A stretch of 64,000 nt of DNA, taken from Bacteriovoracaceae bacterium. Lineage in GTDB: Bacteria > Bdellovibrionota > Bacteriovoracia > Bacteriovoracales > Bacteriovoracaceae. The position numbers and the translations under genes were made by a program. Below, one piece after another: positions 8,606 to 18,544 of the stretch. The stretch's first letter is position 1; each line of letters opens with the position of its first letter. Below the pieces are notes generated by a model, which did no database searches, was not told the DNA's origin, and saw only the letters and a program-made list of their open reading frames with translations. The DNA is taken from assembly GCA_965217035.1 (NCBI GenBank), contig OZ244226.1:682001-746000 (forward strand), written 5' to 3'.

Positions 8606-10733
8606 CTTTTTTCTTCAAAGGTCCTGCTTTCGAAGCTTTCGCAGAAAACTTCACTTTTCCAAAACGGTCAACGTCAAGAACATTAACAGTCACTTTATCG
8701 CCTTCGTTTAGATATTCTGTTACATCCTTAACTCTTTCTTCTGCAATTTCAGAAACGTGTAAGAGTCCGCTAACACCTGGAGCAATATCAACAAATGCAC
8801 CATATTCCTTAATCGTTACAACAACAGCATCGTAATCTTCACCTTTTTTAGGTCCATTAATTGAAAGATCAATATTGGCGATTGCACCAGCGATATCAGC
8901 TTCAATTCCAGCACCAAGAACTTTAACTGTTCCATCCTCTGTCACTTCAACCGTTACGTTGTAGGTTTCTTGAGTCGCTTTGATGTTCTTCCCTCCAGGA
9001 CCAATAAGGGCACCAATTTTGTCTGGATCAATTTTTGTTGTCTCAATCTTAGGAGCGTGATCTTTAGTTCCTGTATTAGATGTTGAAATTGTTTTCGCCA
9101 TCTCTCCAAGAATGTGAAGTCTTCCTTCTTTTGCTTGAGTCATTGCAGACTTAAGAATGTCTTCAGTAAGACCTGCAATTTTAATATCCATTTGAATGGC
9201 AGTGATTCCGTCAACTGTACCAGCAACTTTGAAGTCCATATCACCAAGGTGATCTTCATCACCAAGAATATCAGAAAGAATCTTATACTTATCACCATCT
9301 TTAATAAGCCCCATTGCAATACCTGCAACAGGTCCCTTCATTGGAACGCCGGCATCCATAAGTGCCATCGATCCAGAACAAACTGATCCCATTGAAGATG
9401 ACCCATTAGATTCAAGAACCTCACAATTCAAACGAATTGTATAAGGGAACTCTTCACCTGTTTGAATAACATTTTTAAGAGCTCGCTCTGCAAGGTTTCC
9501 GTGACCGATTTCTCTTCGTCCAACACCTCTGTATCCTCGTGCTTCACCAACACAAAAAGGAGCAAATGTATAATGAAGATAGAATTTATCATAATTAAGA
9601 CCGCCAAGACTGTCTTGCATTTGATCTCCTTCTTTACCACCAAGAGTCGCAACACCCATAACCTGAGTTTCTCCTCTTGTGAAAAGTGAAGATCCGTGAG
9701 CACGCTTAAGAATGTTTTTCTCAGTCATGATCTCTCTGACTTCAGTTAAACCTCTTCCTCCGATACGTTTCTCTTCGTTGAGGATATCAGCTCTCATCAT
9801 GTCATACATCAACTCATCAACACCTGTGTAAGCAAGCTTCTTGAAACTAGCATCTTCATCAAGTGTGAACTTTGCTGGATCAGCTTTCATATCTTCAGCG
9901 ACTTTTTTGATTAGTGCAGAAACGGCTCCGTTTCTTTCCATCTTATCATTAATCGAAATACAGTTTCTTGCATCTTCTTTGTAGTTATTTTTTACAGCGT
10001 CAATAATTGAAGCCGCAGGAGTAACCGTTGCAAATTCTCTTGTTGTTTTACCAACTTTCTCTTTCATATCGTCAAGAACTGCGCAGAACTTCTTGATATT
10101 ATCATGAGCAAAGTTAATCGCTCCAAGCATAACATCTTCACCAAGCTCGTGTGCTTCACCTTCAACCATAAGAATCGCATCGTCTTTAGCCGCAACGATC
10201 ATATCAAGTTCAGACCCTTCAAGTTCAGCGGCACTTGGGTTTAAGATGTAATTTCCATCTTTATAACCAACTTTACAAAAACCAGCTGAAGCAGAGAAAG
10301 GAATATCAGAAATTCTAAGAGCAGCAGCAGCACCACAACCAGCAAGAATTTCAGGGTTATTATCAGGGTCGTAAGAAATAACCTGGGCCATGATAATTGT
10401 TTCGTTATAATACCCTTCAGGGAACATTGGACGGAAAGGCCTGTCGATCATTCTCATAAGAAGAATTTCGGCCGTTGAAGGTCTTCCTTCTCTTTTCATA
10501 TAACCACCGAGGAATTTTCCTCCAGCGTAATATTTCTCTTTGTAATCAACGAGTAATGGAAAAAAATCTTGTCCGTCGTTTGCTTCTTTTGCAGAGCAAA
10601 CTGTCACCAAAACTTGAGTCCCGCCACAAGTGACAAGAACACAACCATCTGTTTGTTTGGCCAGTCTTCCTGTTTCAAGCGTAACTTCTTTACCACCGTA
10701 ATCAACGGTAAATTCTTTCTTTTCGTAAAGCAT
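8595..10733 (-). CDS. pnp: Polyribonucleotide nucleotidyltransferase
   Basis: Two RNase PH domains (FFPL, RREIGHG, SNGSSS, DHLGDMDFKVAG), KH and S1 domains. Confidence 0.98.
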   Translation of the reverse strand: MLYEKKEFTVDYGGKEVTLETGRLAKQTDGCVLVTCGGTQVLVTVCSAKEANDGQDFFPLLVDYKEKYYAGGKFLGGYMKREGRPSTAEILLMRMIDRPFRPMFPEGYYNETIIMAQVISYDPDNNPEILAGCGAAAALRISDIPFSASAGFCKVGYKDGNYILNPSAAELEGSELDMIVAAKDDAILMVEGEAHELGEDVMLGAINFAHDNIKKFCAVLDDMKEKVGKTTREFATVTPAASIIDAVKNNYKEDARNCISINDKMERNGAVSALIKKVAEDMKADPAKFTLDEDASFKKLAYTGVDELMYDMMRADILNEEKRIGGRGLTEVREIMTEKNILKRAHGSSLFTRGETQVMGVATLGGKEGDQMQDSLGGLNYDKFYLHYTFAPFCVGEARGYRGVGRREIGHGNLAERALKNVIQTGEEFPYTIRLNCEVLESNGSSSMGSVCSGSMALMDAGVPMKGPVAGIAMGLIKDGDKYKILSDILGDEDHLGDMDFKVAGTVDGITAIQMDIKIAGLTEDILKSAMTQAKEGRLHILGEMAKTISTSNTGTKDHAPKIETTKIDPDKIGALIGPGGKNIKATQETYNVTVEVTEDGTVKVLGAGIEADIAGAIANIDLSINGPKKGEDYDAVVVTIKEYGAFVDIAPGVSGLLHVSEIAEERVKDVTEYLNEGDKVTVNVLDVDRFGKVKFSAKASKAGPLKKKDDK

Positions 10734-10784
10734 CTTTAACCTCTTTTTGTTTCCACCAAGGAAACTGCTTTCTTAATAAATGTA

Positions 10785-10865
10785 TGGGAACTTTTAATTT
10801 TAAAAGATATATCGATATTCAACTTTTGTGGGTTTGAACATCTATGTATCTTTTAAAACTTCCCA
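10785..10865 (-). promoter_or_regulatory. Long imperfect stem-loop in the pnp leader, candidate RNase III site
   Basis: tgggaa/ttccca, ttttaaaagatatat/atgtatcttttaaaa and gatattcaa/ttgaacatc form nested inverted repeats. Confidence 0.6.
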
Positions 10866-10872
10866 CGTCCTT

Positions 10873-10904
10873 ATAATAAAAGGCTTGCCGATGAAGGCAA
10901 GCCT
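10873..10904 (-). terminator. Intrinsic terminator after rpsO
   Basis: AGGCTTGCC-6 nt-GGCAAGCCT followed by TTTATTAT on the minus strand. Confidence 0.85.
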
Positions 10905-10910
10905 AAAAAA

Positions 10911-11177
10911 TTACTTTCTAAGACCGAGCTCTTTAATAACTGTTTGGTAGCGCCCTTGATCTTTGTTCTGAAGATACTTAAGCAATCTTCTTCTCTGACC
11001 AATCATTTTCATCATCCCTCTTTTAGAGTGGTGATCGTGCTTATGATCAGCAAAATGTGGCGTAAGGTACTTAATCTTCTCTGTGAGGATAGCGATTTGA
11101 ACTTCTGGTGATCCAGAATCTTTCTCAGTCTTTCCAAACTTTTTAACGATTTCGTTAGTCTGTGTTTGCGTTAGCAT
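10911..11177 (-). CDS. rpsO: 30S ribosomal protein S15
   Basis: [29 protein letters not shown] before MLTQ; upstream of pnp. Confidence 0.97.
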   Translation of the reverse strand: MLTQTQTNEIVKKFGKTEKDSGSPEVQIAILTEKIKYLTPHFADHKHDHHSKRGMMKMIGQRRRLLKYLQNKDQGRYQTVIKELGLRK

Positions 11178-11260
11178 AAAAACTCCTTGTCCGCCCAGAA
11201 CCAAGTAAAGATTGACGCAGGCAATCGAAACTGAGTAATGGGTAATTGTATGGGAGATTT

Positions 11261-12169
11261 TTAACGCAGATGATCCTTCATGTAAACTTTTAATTTTTCA
11301 AGCAATCGAGATTCAATCTGCCGAATACGCTCTCTAGAGACACCATACTCATCAGCAATTGATTGAAGTGATGGAGGAACTTCTTCAAGAAGTCTTTGTT
11401 GAAAAATATATTTATCACGATCATTCAGATCAGACAGAAACTCTTTTAAATGATCTTTCAAAATATCGAGATTTTGCTGAAGTGCGACCTCTTCCTCTAC
11501 TGGATTTGCCTCTGATGTCAGGACGTTATGAAGGTTCGGCCCAGCATCACCATCAAATTGAGAAGCATCAAGGCTCACATCTGAAGACCCTGGAGCTAAT
11601 CTTCGTTCCATCTCGACAACTGATTTTTCCGAGACGTTGAGTTTATCAGAAATTAGTTTTGGAGTCGGTTCAATCCCTTGGGCCATCAACCTATCTCTTT
11701 CGCGAATCAAATTATAAAAAAGCTTCTTTTGCTCTGCAGTAGTTCCGATTTTAACCAACCGAAAGTTATCCAAAATAAACTTCAAAATATAGGACTTGAT
11801 CCACCAACTCGCATAATAAGAAAGCTTGGCCCCCTTAGTAGGATCAAATTTAGAGACGGCCTTCATAAGACCGAGATTTCCTTCCTGGATCAGATCGATC
11901 ACATTTTTATGGGCCTTGCGGTATTCCATTGCTATTTTCACAACCAACCTAAGATTCGCAACCACTAACTTCTTAGCGACTTCAATATCTCCAGTCTCAA
12001 ATAAACGCATCGTAAGTTCTTTCTCTTCTTCAGGAGAGAGGAGTTTATATTTCGAAATTTCGCGCATATAAACCTGAAGAGGGTCTAAGACCGCAACATC
12101 TTTGGAGCCTGTAGCGACATCTTTAGGATCTACTACGACAGGAATGGCGCTTTTCACATCATCCGACAT
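11261..12169 (-). CDS. rpoH: RNA polymerase sigma factor, sigma-32 family
   Basis: [23 protein letters not shown], RpoH-box-like QKKLFYNL, region 4 [10 protein letters not shown]. Confidence 0.88.
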   Translation of the reverse strand: MSDDVKSAIPVVVDPKDVATGSKDVAVLDPLQVYMREISKYKLLSPEEEKELTMRLFETGDIEVAKKLVVANLRLVVKIAMEYRKAHKNVIDLIQEGNLGLMKAVSKFDPTKGAKLSYYASWWIKSYILKFILDNFRLVKIGTTAEQKKLFYNLIRERDRLMAQGIEPTPKLISDKLNVSEKSVVEMERRLAPGSSDVSLDASQFDGDAGPNLHNVLTSEANPVEEEVALQQNLDILKDHLKEFLSDLNDRDKYIFQQRLLEEVPPSLQSIADEYGVSRERIRQIESRLLEKLKVYMKDHLR

Positions 12170-12192
12170 ATTAATTTAAAGTTGGTGTTTTT

Positions 12193-13581
12193 TTACTTAA
12201 TGTCAAGCTTTCTCATTTGAGAGAGTCTTCTCAGCGCTTGCCAGCCAAAAGAAAAATGAACGGGTATTGAAATTTTTTCACTAGAACCATCTCTATAATT
12301 ACTTTGTCCTTTATACTCTTTCAAATTTTCAATGAGTCCTTTTGCAATCTGATAAGAAATTTCAGGGATCAACTTGAGACTTGGAACCTTTGAAAGCTTC
12401 TTTTGATAAAAAGGATTAACCACTCTCGCCGAAACTTCTTTTGTTAAAAGATCGAAATTATTATCTCTATTGTTAAAACTTGTTGAGTAGACACGATCAA
12501 TACGATTCAAGATATAACCTAATTCTTTCTCAGCTATAGAGAGTTGAAAACTCCAAGTCAGTTTGTCTGTATTAAAAACCAGTCGATCAAACTCATCTCC
12601 AGCAATATCAAACTTCAAGCTTAATTCATTAAGGTTTGATGTTTTCGTTTTCACCTTTGCTCTCAAATTGAGATCTTCTTCTAACTCGACCTTATGAATA
12701 AGAAGTTCTAAAACATCTTTTGAGGACTCGATCTCTGAAGAAAGGACATGACTAAAAAAATAAGAAGTATTCTTCGACCAATTATTGAAAGAAAGTGGAG
12801 CGGGACGATTGAATAGGCTACTGTAGAGATAAAACTTTGTCTTCTTTAAATTTTCTTTGTTTTCTTTCAAACGTTTCTTTGTATAGTTATCAGGGCTCGA
12901 ATCAACTTGATACTTTCCGTTTTTAATTTCAAAGCAATAGAGAGCATCAAGCTCATCTCGAAAAGTCACTTTATTAGTCGATCTCTCGTAATTAAGATTA
13001 AAGGTTGCTCGATCCATTAAACGGCACTTCTTTTCGTTACAATAAACTGGGTTTTGAGAGCTCACATAATTTTCGATGACAAGTTGGGAGAAAAGAGCAT
13101 CTTCAAGATAATAAGAGATCATTGCATTCTTATGATTAAAACCATGCCAAGAACAAAAATCAGAGAGTAAGGTTAAACCTTCTATATAATCAGATTGAGA
13201 GTACTTTGCTTCTTTTCTTGTCTCATCAAATCTCTCTATTGCAATTTCTTTCAAGCTATTTCTCGAAATCAAACTCATATTTTGAGAGCATTGATTTTGA
13301 ATAATTGAACTCATCGTACTCTCATATTGTGGTCGTGGAAGAGCAAGGTTCTTAGCTGCGTCTGCAACATAACGGATGACATTTTTCAAAGCGAAATGTT
13401 GTGCTTGAGCAAGAAAATTTGAGATGGCGAGATTCTTTGCTCTTTTTGTTCGAAAGAAATTCGGCTCAAGAGTTTTCTCACAACGCTCTTGATAGATTTC
13501 ATAATTAAGAGCAAGATCTTTAAGCAATTCATTTGCAAAAAGGCTTGATTGAAAAATAAAAAAAAAAATTAATAGTCTCAC
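12193..13581 (-). CDS. Secreted hypothetical protein
   Basis: 462 aa ORF with a signal peptide and several Cys. Confidence 0.75.
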   Translation of the reverse strand: MRLLIFFFIFQSSLFANELLKDLALNYEIYQERCEKTLEPNFFRTKRAKNLAISNFLAQAQHFALKNVIRYVADAAKNLALPRPQYESTMSSIIQNQCSQNMSLISRNSLKEIAIERFDETRKEAKYSQSDYIEGLTLLSDFCSWHGFNHKNAMISYYLEDALFSQLVIENYVSSQNPVYCNEKKCRLMDRATFNLNYERSTNKVTFRDELDALYCFEIKNGKYQVDSSPDNYTKKRLKENKENLKKTKFYLYSSLFNRPAPLSFNNWSKNTSYFFSHVLSSEIESSKDVLELLIHKVELEEDLNLRAKVKTKTSNLNELSLKFDIAGDEFDRLVFNTDKLTWSFQLSIAEKELGYILNRIDRVYSTSFNNRDNNFDLLTKEVSARVVNPFYQKKLSKVPSLKLIPEISYQIAKGLIENLKEYKGQSNYRDGSSEKISIPVHFSFGWQALRRLSQMRKLDIK

Positions 13582-13588
13582 AATTTAT

Positions 13589-13596
13589 TTATCGGC
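13589..13596 (-). promoter_or_regulatory. sigma28 (FliA)-like -10 box GCCGATAA
   Basis: Exact match to the sigma28 -10 consensus, 7 nt before the GTG start at 13581. Confidence 0.55.
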
Positions 13597-13706
13597 TTGA
13601 ATAGATATTTAGCGATATTTTAGAGAATTTTATGTTTTATAAAGAGCTTTTTTCCTGTTTTTAGAACTCAAGTACTCTAAGCTCTCAATATTCCGAAGAA
13701 GAAATT

Positions 13707-15023
13707 ATGAAAGTCATATTCCTCTTTTCACTATTCTGGTCTTTAAACGTGAATGCGCTTTTGAACCATCGTGATAGACATTTATTGACTCAAAAACATG
13801 ATAAGTTGAAGTACTACCTTCTCTCTGGAGAGGAGCAAAAGGCTTATGCCATTTTGAAATCCGGAAATACTCTTTTTCAAAAGGCAGATCTTTTCAATTA
13901 TTATCAAACTATTTTTTCTTATATGAATAAAAACTACAAAGAAACTCTTAGTCATATTAAGAATATAAAAAAAATTGAGGAAAGAAGAGAGAAACAGATC
14001 TGCCAAATTGAAGTGATCTCTCATATGATGATCAAGCAATGGAAGCAAGCTTATAACCGATGGCGTATTTGCTCAGGAAAGTTTCAAGAAAGCAATTACA
14101 AAGACCAGTATTTCCTCCGCTCCATACTTGAATCAGTCGTTCGGAATAACTCTCTATTTGAACCAAGAGAATTCAGAGAAATGAAAAGTGATCCACAAAA
14201 ACTTGAGCTCTGGATGAAAGTTGCTTCTTATCTTGATCAAGGAGAAACTGTTGAGGAGTATAAGGAATTGATTCCAGAAAGAACAATGGAATCAAGTGCT
14301 TTAAGAGATATCAATGCTCATCTTCTTTATAATTTAAAAAAGATTCAACTTGCTTATGAAATGATCAAAGATAAAGAGACTCATACTGCTTCACTACTCA
14401 AGACCAATATAAAAATTCATAGGAAACGGTATGAAGAAGCTTATAATGATTTGAAAAAAGCATTGGAAAAGAAACCTCTCTCAAGCGCTATTCTTATGAG
14501 ACTTATCTTACTCACATTCTCTCTTGAAAAAAAACAAGAAGCTTTGAAATATATCAATAAATACCAAGCGATTCATGAGAAGATGCCCCTTGATTTGCTT
14601 TGGAAGAAGACGCTGCTTCTCATTTCGATGTATCGAATGAATGAAGCTAAAATCTCTTTGAAGGAGTATATGGGACAATTAAAAACCTATGGTCACTCCT
14701 CTCTTTTAGTAGTCAGAAAGTTTATTGCTCTTCAAGATGGAGATGAACTCGAAAGCTTATTCTTTTCTGAAAAAAGTTGTCGAAAAAATGATGAAACAGG
14801 CTGTTGGCTAAAGCTTCTTTTGAAAGCAAGATTTTCAGATCTTACGAATTTTTCTCTTCCGGCTGATTACTACCAACAATTTATGGCCAAGCTCAGTTCA
14901 GGATGGTTTTATCCTGCAAATAACGAAGCTGAACGATACAAAAACAAGGCAGCGATCTCTGAGTCTCAGATTGAGCAATTAGACCAAGTTGAAGGCACAA
15001 AAGAGCTTTTCTTATCTAACTAG
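13707..15023 (+). CDS. Secreted TPR-like helical protein
   Basis: Signal peptide; TPR-like segments (RYEEAYNDLKKALEKKP). Confidence 0.7.
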   Translation: MKVIFLFSLFWSLNVNALLNHRDRHLLTQKHDKLKYYLLSGEEQKAYAILKSGNTLFQKADLFNYYQTIFSYMNKNYKETLSHIKNIKKIEERREKQICQIEVISHMMIKQWKQAYNRWRICSGKFQESNYKDQYFLRSILESVVRNNSLFEPREFREMKSDPQKLELWMKVASYLDQGETVEEYKELIPERTMESSALRDINAHLLYNLKKIQLAYEMIKDKETHTASLLKTNIKIHRKRYEEAYNDLKKALEKKPLSSAILMRLILLTFSLEKKQEALKYINKYQAIHEKMPLDLLWKKTLLLISMYRMNEAKISLKEYMGQLKTYGHSSLLVVRKFIALQDGDELESLFFSEKSCRKNDETGCWLKLLLKARFSDLTNFSLPADYYQQFMAKLSSGWFYPANNEAERYKNKAAISESQIEQLDQVEGTKELFLSN

Positions 15024-15042
15024 TCCGTGCTAAAAAAGAGCC

Positions 15043-15927
15043 ATGGAAACAAATGCAGCCGTCAGTATTAACGGAGTTATAACTCCAGCAGAAAATGCAA
15101 AAATTAGTGTCTTTGATAGAGGTTTTCTCTTTGGAGACTCTATTTATGAAGCAACTCTTTGTCATAATGGTCTCCCTCTTTTTTTGGAAGAGCACCAAAC
15201 GAGATTACAAAACTCTGCAGACCTCATTTCAATGCCTCTCGAAATCCCCTTCTTTGAGATAAAGAAAACAATTCTAAAAACAACAGAATCAAAGCAATTT
15301 AGAAGAGGACTTGTGAGATGGATTATAACAAGAGGAATTGATCGTCTTAATATTTTTCCAGGTGAGAATTTAAAACAAAACTTGATAGTGATTTATAAAG
15401 AACTCCCAAATTATCCTGATCGCTGGTATCAAGAAGGTTTAAAAGTAACACTTGCTCAAGTTAAAAGAAACCATCCTCAATCAACAAATCCAGAAGCCAA
15501 GACAGGTAATTATATCAATAGTGTTCTCGCCGCCAAAGAGGCTCAGCAAGGCCAATCAGACGATGCTATTATGCTGAATATTTATGGAGAGGTCACAGAG
15601 GGAACAACCAATAATGTCTGGATTGTAAAAAATAATACTGTTCTTACTCCATCACTAAAGTCTGGAATATTAAAAGGGATCACTCGTTCGAAAGTCTTAG
15701 AAATTTGTCAGGAACATAAAATTTCTTACAAAGAAACAAAACTTTCTAAAGATGATCTTTTAAACTGTGATGAAGCTTTCATTACAAGCTCGACAAAGGG
15801 ACTCGTTCCGATTCACAGCATTGATGGGAAAGTCATTTCAGAAGGATTTGGAAAAGTTTCAAAGCACCTTAATAAACTTTATCTTGAGCTGACGAATCGT
15901 TATTTTAAGAGTTTTAATAACTCTTGA
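15043..15927 (+). CDS. Class IV PLP aminotransferase (PabC/IlvE/D-alanine transaminase family)
   Basis: DRGFLFGDSIYE, KTGNY, EGTTNN, ILKGITR, EAFITSS. Confidence 0.92.
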   Translation: METNAAVSINGVITPAENAKISVFDRGFLFGDSIYEATLCHNGLPLFLEEHQTRLQNSADLISMPLEIPFFEIKKTILKTTESKQFRRGLVRWIITRGIDRLNIFPGENLKQNLIVIYKELPNYPDRWYQEGLKVTLAQVKRNHPQSTNPEAKTGNYINSVLAAKEAQQGQSDDAIMLNIYGEVTEGTTNNVWIVKNNTVLTPSLKSGILKGITRSKVLEICQEHKISYKETKLSKDDLLNCDEAFITSSTKGLVPIHSIDGKVISEGFGKVSKHLNKLYLELTNRYFKSFNNS

Positions 15928-16670
15928 ACCTTAGGAAATTCGCCAAGCAGAGAATTGAGCTGATTTTCACTTTTTTTTAAATCTTTCATCGCTCTTGCTT
16001 CATCAATTTTAAAAATATTTAGGCTATCATCAGGCTTTGAGACAAAGTCGTCATAATCATCTTTGAGTTGAAAAACTCTTCCCACTAAAACACCAAGCTT
16101 CCAGAGTTTTCTAAACAGCATAGGATCTTTTTTCTCTTGAAAATAATAAGGAGCGAGAGTTGAAAGAAGAATCAGGCGACCAGTCTTCAAATCATGAATC
16201 CTTTTAACTTCTTCATAATTTGGATTTTTTGCATCAAGATCAAAAACTTGTCCTGCAATGAGTCCCTTTGCTCCAACACACCAATGAGCAAGCTTTTCAA
16301 GTTCTACTTGTTGAAAACTCTTGCTACTTAAAAGTAACTCAAACGAAAGAGCAAGTAAGGCATCGCCAGTTAAGACGGCCCTCCATTCTCCAAATTTTTT
16401 ATGAACTGAATCTTTCCCTCTTCTCGTTTCGCTATCATCCATGCAAGGAAGATCGTCATGAACCAAAGTGTAAGCATGATGAACTTCCAAAAAAAGAGCG
16501 AAAGATTGCAAAGAATTATCGGCTGTAAAATTGAGAGAATCACAGACCGCATAAAAAAGCTTAGGCCTAAAAAGTTTTCCCGCAGGGTAAAGAGCATAAA
16601 CCATCTCTTCTTTGAGAGGATGGCTCCGAACGCGAAGATCTTCAATAAATGCATTGAATTGCTCTTTCAT
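15900..16670 (-). CDS. ispA: Polyprenyl (farnesyl) diphosphate synthase
   Basis: GKLFRP, LVHDDLPCMD...RRG, KTG, FQLKDD. Confidence 0.88.
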   Translation of the reverse strand: MKEQFNAFIEDLRVRSHPLKEEMVYALYPAGKLFRPKLFYAVCDSLNFTADNSLQSFALFLEVHHAYTLVHDDLPCMDDSETRRGKDSVHKKFGEWRAVLTGDALLALSFELLLSSKSFQQVELEKLAHWCVGAKGLIAGQVFDLDAKNPNYEEVKRIHDLKTGRLILLSTLAPYYFQEKKDPMLFRKLWKLGVLVGRVFQLKDDYDDFVSKPDDSLNIFKIDEARAMKDLKKSENQLNSLLGEFPKVQELLKLLK

Positions 16671-16852
16671 ATCCGAGTAATATAACCGGGTTTGACGCAG
16701 CTGTCTCTTTCTAGAGCTAAAAATACAGAGATTTCAGAGAGTTGCCGGCAAAAAAAGCATCTCCGAGTGGGATTCACGGTTACTTGATAAAATTAATAGT
16801 GGAAGTGCCTCAATCCATTCCACGTCTGCGCGAATTTGATCAGGAGGATCCT

Positions 16853-18544
16853 TTGTCGGCTTCAAAAAGAACTCTCTGTTTACTCTCTCTCATTTTTATG
16901 ACTCTTTCTTGCTTGAGCGAAAAGGGCCGTCCTGTGACGACGGATTCTGGTTCAGCAGATGAAGAAATTCCAAGGATTGATCCATTGGATCCTGCCCTTC
17001 CACCCGATCAAGTCGTTGACGGTGCCTGCGATAAGAATAATATCCTTTCTTCTTTAGGATTTAATGATCCACTTAGCGGATGTTTATGGCATATCATTCA
17101 TCGCGAACAAAGCATCGCTCGCTTTAATTCATTAGGACAAATTACTTCTTATTTTGAAGATAAAGGAAAATCTGGCTCTGATTTAAACTTATCCGCTTAC
17201 GCTCTTCAAAAATATTCAGGAAAAGGGATAAAAGTTCATGTTCCCGATGATGGACTTTCTTATGCACACGAAGACTTTAGACAAAATTACGATAAAGCGA
17301 ATTCTAAAAGCTGTATTCAGTTTGGACAAAACCCTACTCCAAGAGTGGGTTCGCATGGAACAATGGTTTCTGGAGTTATTGGTGCCAGAGGTAAGAATGG
17401 AATTGGATTGACAGGGATAGCTTATGAAGGTTTGATCTCTGGGTACAACGCCTTTGATTGCCAGAACTTTGTTTATGCGATCAATGCACCAAACGTTGAT
17501 ATTTGGACAGCAAGTTATGGAATCCCTTCTTGTAACGCTCATACGAGAGAGGAAGCTCCTTACGCCGAGGCTTACCTTAAAGGAGCTGAGGAAGATGGAG
17601 TTCTTTATCTGAAATCAGCAGGAAATGATAGAAGAGAAAGCTCGAGATGTTATGGTGGTTTCGGAGACGCGAACAGAGATCCTAGTAATACTCAACCTTA
17701 TGTCTTTAATATTGCGGCCCTTGATAATAAAGGAGCGGTGACAAGCTACTCCTCACCAGGAAGTAATCTTTTTGCTGCCGCCCCAGCTGGTTATGGCGGG
17801 CGAAGCCCTTCTCCCGGAGTTTGCACCTTATCTCCTGATAATAAATACACTTGCTCTATGAATGGGACATCAATTTCAACTCCTAACGTTGCTGGTTCGA
17901 TAGCCTTGATAAAAGAAGCAAATCCTCGTTTATCAAATATTGATATCATGACAATTATTGCAAAAACTTCTCGAACACTAGAGGAAGAAGAAACAACAAA
18001 AACTTTTTTAGGGAGAACTCTTTCCATAACTGGAAAGTCTTATATAAATAAAAGTACAAACTCTGCTGGTTATACTCATAGCTATAATTCAGGCTTTGGA
18101 CTTCCAGATATTGATGCTGCCGTCAGAATGGCTGAATCCTATACGAAGTATAATTCAAAACTCCAAAAATACCCCCAAGATTTAAAAAGTGAAGATTCAA
18201 GAATCACAATTATGCCTTACACATGTGTTGAAAAGACAGTAAGTGTCGTTAAAGACTTTAAGGTCTTCTTAAACAGAGTAAGTATCAGTGCTATTGGAAG
18301 CTCAAAATCCTTTGTCATTTTCCAAACACTTCCTGATGGAACTCAATCTCAAATTGTTAGAGATTCCTATATTCAAGGTGGTGGATACTCTCATGACCAA
18401 AAATTTAAGTCTTATGCTGGATTTGGAACAAATGCCAGAGGTCATTGGAGCTATGACATCTGCAATAATAGTTATGATACACTTTATATAAGTAGTGTGA
18501 AACTTGAAGTTTGGGGATTTTCACAACTAGGGAGAATTGATTGA
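16853..18544 (+). CDS. Kexin-like S8 serine protease, lipoprotein, with a C-terminal P-domain
   Basis: Catalytic D (PDDG), H (SHGT), S (GTSIS), oxyanion AGN; TTG start after GGAGGA; lipobox TLSC; P-domain-like end (NARGHW...KLEVWG). Confidence 0.9.
   Translation: MSASKRTLCLLSLIFMTLSCLSEKGRPVTTDSGSADEEIPRIDPLDPALPPDQVVDGACDKNNILSSLGFNDPLSGCLWHIIHREQSIARFNSLGQITSYFEDKGKSGSDLNLSAYALQKYSGKGIKVHVPDDGLSYAHEDFRQNYDKANSKSCIQFGQNPTPRVGSHGTMVSGVIGARGKNGIGLTGIAYEGLISGYNAFDCQNFVYAINAPNVDIWTASYGIPSCNAHTREEAPYAEAYLKGAEEDGVLYLKSAGNDRRESSRCYGGFGDANRDPSNTQPYVFNIAALDNKGAVTSYSSPGSNLFAAAPAGYGGRSPSPGVCTLSPDNKYTCSMNGTSISTPNVAGSIALIKEANPRLSNIDIMTIIAKTSRTLEEEETTKTFLGRTLSITGKSYINKSTNSAGYTHSYNSGFGLPDIDAAVRMAESYTKYNSKLQKYPQDLKSEDSRITIMPYTCVEKTVSVVKDFKVFLNRVSISAIGSSKSFVIFQTLPDGTQSQIVRDSYIQGGGYSHDQKFKSYAGFGTNARGHWSYDICNNSYDTLYISSVKLEVWGFSQLGRID

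Noticed and set aside
16671..16852. Riboswitch (for example c-di-GMP-I) in the protease leader, and the ORF-track start at 16742
   Set aside because: Only a small GTGGAA/TTCCAC hairpin and an isolated GGCAAA are present. The RBS and lipobox favour the TTG at 16853.
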